Shown here: positions 13,110-26,429 of the stretch, piece by piece
Layout: every line of letters begins with the position of its first letter
Position numbering within the stretch: position 1 is the first letter of the stretch
Assembly: GCF_009834535.1 (NCBI RefSeq)
Contig: NC_045696.1
Location: 111,788,001 to 111,852,000, forward strand
Source: Camelus ferus
Taxonomy: Eukaryota
DNA: 64,000 nucleotides
Direction of reading: 5' to 3'
Notes under the pieces: generated by a model
Database searches by the model: none
The model's input: the letters and a program-made list of their open reading frames with translations, nothing else
Told to the model about the DNA's origin: nothing
Translations under genes and position numbers: made by a program

Positions 13110-14090
13110 GCTTGCATTGTAATAGGTCAGCCAGACAGGAGATGTGGAAACAAAGGTGAGCACCGAGAAGGCATGGGAAGACGTATGTGGTGGCGGGCAG
13201 CTCCGTGAGGACGAGTGGGCAGGGAAGGCCTCTGAGGGGGTGACGTTTGAGCTGGGAGCTGAGTGACAGGCACTTCAGGCACCTGAAGCCCTCTGTCAGG
13301 TGAGAGTCCTTCAGCAGGAAGACTGGCATGTGCAAGAGACTTCTAGCAGGAGTAGCTTAGGCTCAGAAGGTAGCCACTTGCGGGCAGAGGCCTGGGCACG
13401 GGGTTGCGAGAACTGTGATAAAGACTGGACTTTATTACAAGTGAGCTGGGAAGCCACTGAAAGGTTATAAGCGGGGAAGGATTTTTTAAAGATTACTTTA
13501 GCTGTTGTAAAGAAAATGATCTGGCTGTTGTGGATGAGGGCAAGGGTGAAGCAGGGAGACCAGCTGGAAAGCTGCTTTACTGGTCTGCGTGAGAAGTGGC
13601 AGAGGCCTGTGCGGGTTCCGTGAGGGCTTTGTGGCTGTGCCGTCGCCTGTGTGCCAGCCCCCGGGGAAGAGCCAGTGCCTTTAGGCATCCTCTGAGTAAT
13701 TGTTGACTTCAAGACTGACAGCAGTGGAGATGGGGGAGTAGAGGGGTCCAGGATTTTTTCTGAAGCAGAGTCTGTGGGCCTTTCTGATAAATTCAATGTG
13801 GAGTACAAGGGAAAGGAAGGAATTGGATACTGGAAGAGTGGATGAGAGTACCATTTATTGAAAAATCTTGGAGAGTAGCTGGTATCAGTGGAGAAAAAAA
13901 CTACATATTTTTTGGATAATTATAACTAATACACTTAAATATTCAAGAAGAGGTGGCAAGTAGAGAGTTGCATATATGAGTCTATAATTCAAAAGGAGAG
14001 GTTAGAATGGAGGTATAAATTATGTTGTCATCTGCTTGTGGTTACAGACATCTGAGCATAAAGAATTTAAAACTATAGACAGGGAAAATT
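13110..14090. mobile_element. L2 fragment (other L2-like relics near 580-1440, 28150-29260, 31000-31400, 44530-44970, 46700-46900, 48350-48850)
   Basis: Purine-rich L2 motifs GGAAGGCCTCTGAGGGGGTGACGTTTGAGCTG and GGGAAGCCACTGAAAGGTT. Confidence 0.65.
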
Positions 14091-14253
14091 GAGACCATTA
14101 CTGATTGTGTTCAAGAGAATGCAGATTTTTGAGAGTCAAATGACAGGAAAATTAAGTGAATGACAGCTGGAGACTACTGATTTCTTTGTTGAAGTGTCAC
14201 AGATTTGGTGGAATCAGATTTGTCTTTAATTCAACAAATATTTGAGTGCCAGG

Positions 14254-14362
14254 AGGGATGACCAACCATTCTAGTTTGCCTAGGACTGTCCTGGTTTTAG
14301 CACTGAAAGTCCCACACCGCAGAAACCCCGTCGATCCCAGGCAAACTTGAAGGTTGGTCACC
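14254..14362. mobile_element. MER94-like hAT MITE
   Basis: Terminal inverted repeats TGACCAACC / GGTTGGTCA; internal GGACTGTCCTGGTTTTAGCACTGAAAGTCCC. Confidence 0.75.
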
Positions 14363-15439
14363 AGTGCCAGGTAACAAGCCAAACTGCGACTTGCAGCAGT
14401 GTGCGGAACAAATGGAATTGTAGAAAAGATTATCATGTTTTAAGACTATTTATACTGAAAATTTCTGGCTGGCTTTGAACTTTACACTTCAGGCCATGTA
14501 TGAAGTAAACGTTTTTTTCAGTGTTAGCTTCTGGAGCTGAAACTGAACTCCATCACCAGAAAGACACTTGGTGCCCTTTGAGATGAAGTTGGAATCTAAG
14601 AACTATCCTGAAATTTTTGGTTGTACGTTAAAATCCTGGACATTTTTGGGCTCACTTGTCCCTGAGGCTGCATTCTTTTTTATGAAAATTGTGAGAAGGA
14701 GGTTGGAAAGACTGGGATTCAGATGGATTTGTGGCCCGTCAGGCCAGCTTGGTGGAGTGGTTCTCACCGGGAGCTGTACCCCCCGCAGTGGGGATGGGGC
14801 ATTGGAGGAGTCTGGTTTCGGTTGTCTTGGTGACTGGAAGAGATTACCAGCATTTAGTGGTCAGGGGCTGGGTTGACTCATGTCCAGCAATGAGAATTAT
14901 CTCAGCAAGAATGTGTTGAGAAACATAGATTTGTTCAATGCAAGAATCCTCACTGATTTCTTAAAATATTGTTGGGTCTAATGGATTAAGCCTGTAGTTT
15001 TGCCCTTTTATGAAAATTCAGTGCTGTTGATTAAATATTTTTGGTAGACACTTTGGCCATGATCATATTTTTTTTAGGACTGGTCCTGGAAAGGTGGAAG
15101 GGGTGGGAGCAAGACAGGAGCAGCATCTGTCTCCGGGGCCCCTCTGAGACCCACATACCTGTCCTGCTCGTCTTCCATCTCTGTCCGCATGTCACCCAGC
15201 ATCCTCAGTGCTGCTCCACAAACGGTGTGAGATCAGAGCCCTGCATATTTGGTTTTAAACCAGTCTGGCTTCTCTTCCCAGACCCCATCGTGCATATGAG
15301 GTGGTTTCTTTCTAATGTCGGAAAATTCACTGTGTTCTAGTTTGTGCCAGTTGTCATGTATGTAATCATCACAACTGTGGAAATATTTTTTGCTCAACCA
15401 TTCCAGCTCTTTGTAGGAGCTTGCGGGCTTTGATCTCTG

Positions 15440-15680
15440 TTCAGTATCAGGTGGAGTCAGCATAGTGATGAAGGCCATGCACTTGAAATCCTTGCTCTTG
15501 ACGGTTATTCTGTAGCATCAGGCATGTGATTGAACTTCTCTGAGCCTTCGTATTTTCATATGAAAAGTGGGGATAAACCTGATACCTGCCTTTCACGGTA
15601 GTTGTGAGAATTCTTGCAGTAATATATGTAAAATGCTTAGCACGGTACCTAGAACACATAAAAACAACAAATGGTAGGTT
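15440..15680. mobile_element. MIR SINE (other MIR-like relics near 8560-8780, 26195-26400, 36850-37010, 62950-63050)
   Basis: AACTTCTCTGAGCCTTCGTATTTTCATATGAAAAGTGGGGATAA...GTTGTGAGAATT...TGTAAAATGCTTAGCACGGTACCT. Confidence 0.75.
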
Positions 15681-16739
15681 TTTTTTTTTTTTTACAGCTC
15701 TTTTGGATAATATATTGAGATGGCTGGCCTCTTCCAGCTTTTTAAAAAGGATTCACTTAGAATTGATTTTCAAGTCATTGTGAGTAATGTCTTGGTCAGT
15801 GGATTCCTGTGGGTCTACCATCACCAGGGAAATAAGATCCTTCTCTCTCAGTTGTGGAGTTTAATTCGAGCACTCCCAGTCTGCAAGTTGGTCTGCTGCA
15901 CATTGTAACAACTTTTATCTCATTTGCAGTTGGTGGAATTACTGGTTTACCACTGTTGCTTCGCATCACCTTTAAACTTGGTTGAATGTCTTTTCATTTC
16001 CCTTTTTTGTTGTTTTGTAATTTGCTGACTATTTTACATTTTGAGCTTTGTTGTAATGTTTATTGTATCTCAAAGCACTCTGATTATATTATGCAAATTC
16101 ATTAAATGAATCTCTTCTTAAAGAATTGGACTTTCATTGTTTGATTGTTTTGTTCGGACCACCTTTGTATTACTAAGAATAATCCATTGTTTTGAATTGA
16201 CCATCAGAGTGTACTTTTTGTTATCTTGGAACAATTAGTGGACCCCATACACATTCTAATCATGTAGCTATTCTTAAAGACTTGGGTTCAGAAGATTCAA
16301 AAGTTGTTATATGACTTCTTACTGGTTTTATGTGACCAATGATCATTTCATTTGGTTTAGTATCATTATTTCATAGGGAATTTCATAGAGAATAGTAGTT
16401 TCATATACTATTGCAGGAAAATGGAAATACGCATTTTTGCAATTCTTATGAGGCTTTCTGACTTATTACAGTGTTCCCAAAAGATAAAATATTTTTCTGA
16501 AGGGCTTTTGAACCAATAAAATAGGCTAAACATTTTATGCCAACCACGGGACATATTTTCTTAATTTTGGTATACCTTTCCCTGGGTTAAAAAAAAAAAA
16601 AAGTGCCATAATGGTAAGAAAACAAGAATGTTCAAATATGATGTATTCTATAGTATTGGCTCCATTTTATATACACTGTATAAAATGACTATCAGTATAA
16701 AGCAGAGGTTGAAATTTTTCCTAATTTTATAAATTCCAG

Positions 16740-16985
16740 GGAGAAACACATCTTATCTTTCCTAAGAAAGCTTCAGTGGAACAGCTGCAAAAAATTCGTG
16801 ACCTGATTGCCATAGAGAGAAGTAGCAGATTGGATGGTTCGAATAAGAGCCACAAAGTGGAAATACCTCAGCAGCTTGCAGCCAGTACCCAGCTTCCTAC
16901 AACACAGTCTTCAAATCCTAATGCGTTAACCCAGCACCCAGGGAACAGTGGAGGGCAGTCATCAAATCCACCATCTGCTCCAATG
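16740..16985 (+). CDS. NGLY1: NGLY1 exon 3 ([30 protein letters not shown]...PPSAPM), end of PUB domain and linker
   Basis: Acceptor ttccag|G, donor ATG|gtaatg; 246 nt; same frame as ORF 16776..17072. Confidence 0.95.
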
Positions 16986-18799
16986 GTAATGTTAAAATTA
17001 AACCTCCTTGACTGCTCCTTTCAAAGTATTGAAATAGCAGAAGCTTTGAAATATGTTATGATTTATTCCTGAATTTATGTCCCAGTCATTCTTGATTCTT
17101 ACAGTTCTAATACATTCACATTTCATTAGCTCTTTAAAAAATTGTAAAATTTATAACGAAAGTGGGGAAATGGCTGTCTTTTATTTGTATTTTCAAATCT
17201 TAACCTTGTGGTTTACTGTTCCTGAAGCAGCTAGATTTTCTTTAATTTATCATTTGTAAATATACCTGTTGCCTTGGCACTTAAATCAGTTACACAAATT
17301 AGCATATGTCTTTAACCTAAAAAAAGTAATGGACTTGCTAGACAGGGGTATGGCCATGAAATAGGATTTTCTATATTGCTTTAACACTTCTTATCTAAGC
17401 TTTACCTACTGCCATTCAGCATGAGAATTATTAATTCCAACAATCTAGCCATTATCAGCACAATAAAATATCAATAAAATATTTGATATTTTCAAATAAA
17501 ATAAAATTTATTTGTTCAATAAAATATCAGCTTCTTTAGGCTTCAGATAAATAATCATTAATTTACTGATAGTGGTGCTAGCAAATTAGTGAAGTTCAGT
17601 GATTGGCATACACATGTATACTTCTGAAGAACTGAAATCAAATTTCTACTGTCTTACAGGCATTCTTAGCATACCTAAATGATCTCATTTAGTGGGAAAT
17701 TATCCTGTGTACAAAAATCCCTTTCAATAAAGGTCCTTAAGTATTCTGCTCCTGAATTTTCACTGTTAGAATAATTTTCATGATTTTTCTGTAGTAATTT
17801 TATCAATAACCAGCTTACACTCAGATCCTCTTTTTAATTTTAGTAAAACACCTTGTCCCTGCCCTCCATACAGTGGAGCTTTATATAGAGTCAGTGGTTA
17901 AATCTACCTTTAATTTTCGCCAGCTGAATACTTCTAGAGCCTTTAGCCTCATCTCCCTGGTAGTTGTTCCTTAGTGTAGATTGGGAAGGCCCTAGGCTTG
18001 TCTTTAAAAAAAAAATAAAGAATAAAGGTGGTAGGGGCCGGCAGGGGAAGAGACAGAGTTACTGTCCTTTTATTTTGTTAGTGTTCTGGCTCAGGAACTC
18101 CATTCACATTTTCAAATCTTCTTTAACTTCTTTCTTTTTTTAAAAACTTCTTAACCTTGCAGTTCAGATATAGTTTGAGGTCTTTAAAATTCTGTCCAGA
18201 AAGCATCTAGACACTGAAATAAATGTCATTCTATTGTCAAAACAGATTTAGAGTTTAGAAGAAAATAAACTGTCTTTCTCAAACACATATGCTCTTAGGA
18301 GGCTAGTGTATATTAACTCTTATTTCTCTAGTGTCTGGGGCAAAGTCTCTTTTACTGTGTTCCTTAAGGGAGTTAGGAGAAATTACATTTTTATAGCCAA
18401 CTCCTGGTTCCATGGATCACTGAAATACACATTTTAAAAAGTGTTTTGTTATTTAAGCTTCTATCACTGTTAATTGCCATACTACAGAATTTGACAGTTA
18501 TGTTCTCCTGTCTTTCCCATTTTGAGTGAGGATACTAATTGAGAGTTAAAATGCACCAAAGTCAAGCGGCAGAAGAGAGATAACAAAAGATTTAACTGCA
18601 TATAAACTAGACAAATCCTGAGCACTGATGAACTTGATAACTAATATATTACTACTTTGGTTAAAACTATATCAAGTAAAATTTTGAAATACAAGATTAA
18701 TAGTCACTGATGTTAAAGTTTGCCAGTACGTTTTTCCCTTAAGATATAAGGTACTGGAATGAATGGTGATGTATTAGAAACTTACTTTGTTCCTTTTTC

Positions 18800-19285
18800 T
18801 GGATATTTTGTGTAAATAGAATTATATACTATGTAATCTTTTGCTTCTGCCTTCTTTTACTTTTTGTATGTTTTTGAAGTTTATCCGTATTGTAGAATGT
18901 ATCAATATTTTGTTTCTTTTTATTGCTTAATAGTATTCCATGATGGGCATTTGGGTTTCCCATCTTTGTCTGTTATGAACAATGCTGCTGTGAATATCCA
19001 CATATCAGGTTCTGTGTAGACAGATGTTTTCATTTCTCTTGGGTAGATTCCTAAGAGTGAAACCACTGGATTATATGGCAAGTTTATGTTTAATGTTTTA
19101 AGAAATTGCAAGCTGTTTTCCAGAGCTGTTGGCACCATTTTACATTCTTACCAGCAGAGTGTGAAGGTGCCAATTTCTTAATATCCTCACTGATACTTGT
19201 CATTGTCTTTTTTAGTATAGCCATTTTAGTCAGTATTAAGTAATATCTCATTGTGGCTTTAATTTGCATTTCCCTAATGATTCAA
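18800..19285 (-). mobile_element. Old L1M (L1MB/MC-like) 3' fragment
   Basis: Minus-strand ORF 18920..19138 resembles the L1 ORF2 C-terminus (LPYNPVVSLLGIYPREMK). Confidence 0.85.
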
Positions 19286-19837
19286 CTGACTCTTAAATTT
19301 GCTGGTTATACATGCTGAGTATTTAGTGTTCCTATATGAAATGCCTTCCTGATAACCCTTTATGTATTTCATACCCTTTGCCTTCTGAAAGCAGGTTCAA
19401 AACAGCAAGGCAGTCTTCAAAGACATAGTCTCAGAATGTCAGAAGCATTATGTTTACAATTTTGCAACCTTGTCTAGGTTGAAAACGTGATTCTGAAGTA
19501 TGATTTACTTAAAATAAGCATTTGGCAGTTATTACACAACTGGTCTAAATGTATGCTTTTCTTTGACACATGACTCCTATAGAATATGTATGAAATTATT
19601 GCCTATTGTGTATATGGGTATATATGTATTTATTTAAAATAAGTATTTGAGATTATTTCCTTGAAATCATAAAAATAACAGTATTAGGTAATGATAAGTA
19701 ATAAAATGAGTTAGTTAACTTTTAAACTAATCTCATAGGACAACTTCTTAGTCTGGATCTATATGCGATCTTTGTAAGAGAAAAAAAATCTCCTATTTGG
19801 ACATAATATTTAAATGTTCAATTTCTTGTTTGTGAAT

Positions 19838-19950
19838 TTTTTTTAATTTTATTTATTTTATTATTTTTTAAATGGAGGTACTGGGGATTGAACCCAGGAC
19901 CTCGTGCATGCTAAGCATATGCTCTGCCACTGAGCTATACCCACCCCCCT
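19838..19950 (-). mobile_element. tRNA-derived camelid SINE (vic-1-like)
   Basis: Same Pol III A/B-box body (GGTATAGCTCAGTGGCAGAGC...GGTTCAATCCC) with an A-rich tail. Confidence 0.88.
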
Positions 19951-20433
19951 GGCCCATGAACCATTTTTAAAGGTAAAATATACCTGCATACCTTTCAATA
20001 AGGAATTAAAATAATGACGCATCTTTAAATTGACATTCTTAATAGCCATTAAAAATGATGAAATGGTGTATTTTGAAATGAAGAGAATTATGTGAGGAAA
20101 AAGGTAAGAATTCCAATATTAAACAACATATGTTGTGTGTATAATGTTTTAATTTTTCTTACTAAGAATTCTCATGCATAAATATGGTCATTTTTAAAGG
20201 TCTGGAAAGCTATACACAGATATCTTAGCCATAATTTCCCCTGAGTACTGAAGTTAGAGTGATTTCACATTATTTATGCCATTCAGTATTTCCTGAAATT
20301 TTTTTGCAACATTTATTAATGTTATAAACAGAAAAAATGAGTTTGTGTAAGAAATAAGTTTATTGAAGTCACAAGTTGATTAAAACTATCATTAGAAATT
20401 TATTTAACAGAACTTTTGTTCAAAAACCAGTTC

Positions 20434-20628
20434 TATAAACAGCAGGATCCTATATATATAGCACAGGGAACTATATTCAGTACCTTGTAATAACCTATGA
20501 TGAAAAAGAATATGGAAAGGAATATATATGTGTGTGTGTTTGTGTATAAATGAATATGCTTTACCCCAGGAATTAACACAACATTGTAAATTGACTATAC
20601 TTCAATCAAAAAGCAAACAAACAAAAAA
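20434..20628 (+). mobile_element. L1 3' end fragment
   Basis: TATAGCACAGGGAACTATATTCAG...ACAACATTGTAAATTGACTATACTTCAAT plus an A-rich tail. Confidence 0.82.
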
Positions 20629-22545
20629 CAGTTTCTGAACTTAAAAGCCACAGAAGTAAAGGAGTGTAAAAAGATAGAAAGAGGGCAAGTGGACTTGGGA
20701 AGTCTTGTCCTTCACTAAAGAAGTGAATTTGCTCATCCAGCTTCCACTAGTTCTGTCACATGATTTGACAAAAATACACATTGTATTTTTTTCTTACAGT
20801 CTTAAATATCTCACAGTAGAAACCTAATAATTGGACTCCAAGTATGATTAATGAAGAAAAAAATCTTTTTGATCTAAAACAGACCGATTTCACATATTAA
20901 ACACCCATTCGTACTCCGTGTAACTTTAGCTCTTAAGCAGTTCACTGTTGCCTTATGTGCATAGTTACCCAGCTCCTCTAGTTGCCAGGCAATCAGCAAA
21001 CTTCTATTCCTATGACTTAGTTTTTTTTGGAGTTGTGCCAGTGAATATATAAAGAAATAAGGCAAGAACCAAGCTTTATTGTTCAAGACCGTTTAAGTGC
21101 CATTAAAAACCACAATGAATGAGGTAATTGCCAGAGTAAAAAAGTATTAAATTGAAAGTAAAAATTCTTTGGATGAGTTCTTACTCTCTCAGGAAATGAA
21201 AATCTGCATTAAAAAAAAAATACTGTAAGTGTCTCATCTTTATAGGAATTCTTTCAAATAAAAATGGAGACATTCTGTTTTTTTGTGTTCCTGTAGCGAT
21301 TCTGGTAAAAAGCATACTTCTTCCTGTTGTGAATACCCTGCGTTCTCATCGCAGGTCTGCTCCAAGTTTCAGTCATCTGTTGCCCCCATCCCTTCTGTTG
21401 GTGAAGCAAATGTGTCTGCGCCTAGTAAGGGCCAGTCCCTCCTCTGTGCCTGTGTCCCTTCTCATCTGTTCACCATGGAACCGCATGTGAACTGTGCGGT
21501 CTCGACCTGCCTCTTTTCTTGGAGTGTCTTCTCAACACTTGGAGTGTCTTGCTTTAGGCCAGTTTTCGTCTAAGGGTGGACCATTGTTATCAGAATAACC
21601 TGGACGTGCAGATTCCTAGACAAACCCCAAATTGGCTGAACCAGAAAGGGAGAGGGGGAACCTGGGAAACCTGCATTTTTCACAGGCAGATCAATGTTCA
21701 GGAACCTTTCCTGTAAGCTCTTAGAAACAGGCCAGCACACGAATGTCCCCGGATCCTGCATGTCCTACGTTCTCCCTTCCTCTTCACAGCAGGTTTCAGA
21801 AACAGTCCCCTGTGCTCATCCCTGCATCTTTACCCCTCATATCCTTGACTAGCAGGACTCCATACTTTAATTGTGTGACCCATCATATTCCTGAGCATGT
21901 CCTCTCAATGTATATTTACTTGTTTATGAATTAGATACATATGCTGCTATGCCAGTGTATTAAATACGTTATAGAACAATGTAAAGAGGAGCTAGAAAGT
22001 AAATAATAGTTTTAATTTTAAGAATGTATTAACACTATATCATTTAATGCATGTAGATATAAATCTATTTTTTAAATACCCTTGATAATTTTGAATTTGG
22101 GGGCATACTTTGTCAGGTCTCAGTAGATTGATTTTTTTTTCTTTTACATTAAAATGTAGCTCTTGAAGGGACGCATGCTAAAAAAAAGTAGATGTGTTAC
22201 CCCTGCCATTTTCTTCTGGTAAGCAGTCCGCAGTGTGCTTACATCATTACTGTCAGCCTCAATGCCTTTGTAATCTTTTTTAAGCCAGGTTGAAGGTTAA
22301 TTCAGTTAAAACTCCATAGTATAATCTGTAAGTCCACTAAACCAGGCACATGTGAACTGCGAAAGTTTGTGACATGATGAGAGTAGAGGTAGGAGTGAGC
22401 CTGCCACTGTGAACCCCCTGCTTTGTGGTACTTTCTTCCCTCAGGATCACTCCTGTAGCCTGAGAGGGAGCCACTGTTGATCCAGATATTAAATATTATT
22501 TAGTTTTTTTGTGTTGACCCAGTTGCTCTTATCGAAAATCTGTGG

Positions 22546-22673
22546 GCGGGGGAGGGTATAGCTCAGTGGTAAAGCGCATGCCTAGCATGCATGAGGTCCT
22601 GGGTTCAATCCGCAGTACCTCCATGAAGGGAAGAAAGAAACCTAATTACCCCCCCCCACCACCAACAACAACA
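22546..22673 (+). mobile_element. tRNA-derived camelid SINE (vic-1-like) with 3' extension CCTAATTACC
   Basis: GGGGGAGGGTATAGCTCAGTGGTAAAGCGC...GGTTCAATCC; TSD AAAATCTGTGG at 22535-22545 and 22674-22684. Confidence 0.92.
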
Positions 22674-23599
22674 AAAATCTGTGGATCATTTCCACGTATT
22701 TTTCTACTTTTCTAACTACCCTCTGACTCCACAGTGCAATCACCAAGACTTGTTTCTGCTTCCTACTTTTTTTGTGTGTGTCCGTTCACTTTTCTGCCAC
22801 CACTGTCACCACGCTAGTTCAAGCCACCGCTCCCCCAGAGTTCTGCAGTTGTCCCCCGTTGTGCCTTCTGATGCCTGCTCTCTCTACACGGCAGCCTGAG
22901 TGACACTGAAAACACCCCCTGGTTTAGCTCTCTGATCGCTTCCATTCCAAAGGGGAGAGGCAGCAGACCTGTCACTGCTTCCCAGCCCGGCTCCACACTC
23001 CGCTTTCTCCCTCATCATGTGCCCCTCGGTTCTGTGCTCTAGACAGCCTGACTTTCTCTCTGACCTTCTACAGCGTATTAAGCGTGTCCCCCAGTACACA
23101 CAACCCAGCTACCTACATGTTGTTCCTCTGGCAGGAATGGTCTTTTCCCTTCCCTGGTCGCTAGCTTCTCATCCTTCATATTTTACTGTAAATATCATTT
23201 CTACAAGGAATTCTAGTTTTAGAGCCCCTGGTGTGCCGTTACACTACCCTCTGCTCTGTAACTCTCACCACATGTATGAATAAACTGTCTCACTTACCAT
23301 CATGTCCCCGGTACCTAAAAATAATAAAGGCTCATTAAATAATGGAGTAAACTGACAGTGTAGTGTTGTTTGTTTCTGTATCATGGACTATTTATTCTGT
23401 GAGGATAATGTCCTTGTTTGTTTTGGTCTCCATTATTTTTCCAATATTTAATGCATATGCACACACGCACACATTTACACACAAACATTGTTGACTTAAT
23501 GTGATGATTCTGCTATTATTCATTTAACGCCTGCCCCCCCCCTTAGGCTATAAAGTGATTATATCTATTCTGTGCACCCATCCTCAGTGCTTAATACAG

Positions 23600-24750
23600 T
23601 GCTTGACGTAAAAGTATTTGGTAATGGTTTTTATTTTTAATCCATTCCTGCTTACTGTAATTACTAACATGTTTGAACTTATTTCTGACATTCTATTTTA
23701 TTTTCTGTGTCCTTTGTTTTCTTTTTCTTTTTCTATTTTTGTTTTGTTTAGATTGATCAAGTTTTCTTCCACTGTTTTCCCTCTAAAGGTTAGGAAGTTA
23801 AGTATCCTCTTTTTAGTCTTCTAATTATTGGCTTTAAATTCTTAATGCAAATATTAACTTTATATTTTTCTACCAACATCTTACAAGAAGACAGGAACCT
23901 CAGAATGGGTTTACCCTTCTACTCCCTTCCCTGCCACCTTTCTTAGGTGATTTTGCTTTTCAATTATTATTGTTTATTTATAAAAATCAGAATTTAAGTT
24001 TTACTAATTTGTTTAGTTTTTACTTAACTCACCCCTGCTTCTTTTTTCCTGGCATCTACTCCTTGATGTCCTATGTATTTATATTGGCTATATTATATTT
24101 TGTGGGGACAGAAACTTCTCTAATAATTTATTTAGATAGGATTTGGGAGTCGTATATTTTCTGCACTGTTACATATGAGAAAATGTGTTTATATTACCAT
24201 TCTTTGTAATTACTTTGCCTGGGTATGAATCATACGTTCTCATTTTCCCTCAGTATTTCAGAGATTTTGCTTCGTTGTTTCCCATGAGATGTCTGATACC
24301 ATTGAAAGCTTTTAGGATTTTGTTTTTATCCTTTCTGTTGTGAAATGTCACTATTATATACCTAGTTTAGTTTTGGGGATTTGTTTTTTCTCCATTCATA
24401 CTGCCTCTTTCTACAACTCTCAGAAATTTTCCATTATGTGGGAAGTTTTTCCCTTCCATTTTTTTTTCTACTTTCTAGACTTCCTGTTAGCTGGACTTGG
24501 GCAGTTATGGGTTTATGTTCAGTGGCTATTTGTTCTTTTGCACTGCAGTCTCAGAAAATGTCTTGGCTCAGTCTTCTAATTGATTGATCACTTAGCTTTG
24601 TTTGTTCTGCTCTTTGAGACCATCTGTGCTTTCTTCTTTATTTCAGCGTTTAAATTTTTTATTTCCAAGACCCGTAGTTTTCTTTCTCTGAATACAGTAT
24701 ACTCTTGAATTTCTAAAGATAGCCTTTTTTCAGTCTTCTTCTGTACTTGC
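23600..24750 (-). mobile_element. Highly degraded L1M fragment
   Basis: T-rich sequence paralleling motifs of the 26430-27915 element. Confidence 0.5.
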
Positions 24751-25653
24751 TGCCATTGCTACAGGGTTTGTTCTTCTGCTGTTGATTTCAGTGCATCTTC
24801 TCAACAACATGGGTTGTTGCAGACTCAGGAATTTGCGAGTTCCTGCTCGCCCGTCTGTGAATAGTGCATCTGGTTCTAGCAACTGCGAGGGCAGGACTTG
24901 GCGCAAGGCGGGCTGTGCCACGCAGCACCTGTTCTCCGCTGGGACACTCCTCTTTCCTTTTGAGAATCTAAGCATCCTCCCTCACTGCTCAGAGACACAC
25001 TTTTTTGTTGACAAGGAGTGATGGAGGGTGGGGACCAGAATGTCCGGCTGTTCCCCGTGCAGAGCCCAGCAGTCGTCTCAGTGCTTACTGCAAAGCCCCT
25101 TCCTGCTCGGTGGATCCTGCGGCTCCTCTCTCCTTGGGATTATTTTGAGAATTTTTTTTAGTTTTTATACCTTCTCTCTTCAGAGAGCATATTGGCATGG
25201 TTTCTTCCTTTAGACCATTTTTATCTGCCTTTCCTCTTTTGGGAATTTCTCAAAATTCCTGATGCCCTAAGAGTAGTCCTCCGTAGCTAATGCTGTATAA
25301 AGTTTTTTAAAAAGTGTTATTTACAGGGACTTGAAGGGGAAAGGGCTGCCAGATGCATTGTTCAGAGTGCTATTTTGATCCAGGCTTGTGGTCAAGAATT
25401 CAGTATGTCCCTGTTTAAATATATCCTCAATAACATAATATATTCAGATGAAAACATAGATATATTTTAGACTGTGACATATATATGGCTGTCTGCTAAT
25501 AATAATTTTGCAAAGGTTTTGAGTATAATTATTATATTTCAGTGAATCCATACATTCTTCTTTATCTGTGAAATCATAGAACCAGTGTTTTTTCACTGTG
25601 TTATTTTTATAGCATATGCAATAAAGCTAATTTCACTATTTTCTTTCTATTAG

Positions 25654-25819
25654 GTTACTGGTGATTCAGTCATTCTAAAAGTTCTTCGGTCCAACATTCA
25701 GCATGTACTGGTCTATGAGAACCCTGCTCTCCAGGAGAAAGCACTGGCTTGTATTCCAGTCCAAGAACTAAAAAGGAGATCACAAGAAAAGTTATCTAGA
25801 GCTAGAAAATTGGATCAAG
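25654..25819 (+). CDS. NGLY1: NGLY1 exon 4 ([55 protein letters not shown])
   Basis: Acceptor ttctttctattag|G, donor AAG|gtagtg; 166 nt; [17 protein letters not shown] motif; too short for the ORF track. Confidence 0.96.
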
Positions 25820-26429
25820 GTAGTGGCTTTACGTAACCATTCATTGCTCAATAACATCATTGCTAAGTAAACCCTGAGATGGTGCCTTTCACTGTATCGC
25901 AATTACAAATATGTAAATATTTACCTAGTTCTATTTGGATTTTTAAGAAGTACAACAGTAGTGTAATTTTTTATTGCATACACCTCACGCACACATCTGT
26001 TAAATTTTTTTCTTTTTTTCCACTCTAATATGTATTTGCAGCTTGATCATTGGCGTGTGATTTTTTTTTAATAGATAACAGTAGAACTTTAGTCTGTGGA
26101 ATATAGGATGACATTGTTAGTGAATTTTAATGTGAATCTGAGAAAAGCCATATCCAAAATTAATTCATATGATTAGACCATGAACTGTGGACAGAGACTG
26201 ATTAAGAGTGTGGACATTGAAGCCGGCTGCCTGGGTGTAAATTCAGCTCTGCCACTCGTTGTGCGTCACTGAGCAAGTCATTTAATCTCTATGCCTCAGT
26301 TTCTTTATTTGAAAATAGGAGTGATAATTTTAAGAAATAAATGAAATAGTCCATGTAAGTGGCTCAGAGCAATGCCTGCCACATTCATCAGCCAATAATT
26401 ACTGTCATCATTAGTGGGCTTGGGCTTTT

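Noticed and set aside
13311..13808. 165-aa minus-strand ORF
   Set aside because: Lies within a degraded L2 element and starts at a non-ATG codon
22546..22622. tRNA gene
   Set aside because: A and B boxes are present, but an A-rich tail, a TSD and multiple diverged copies show it is a SINE
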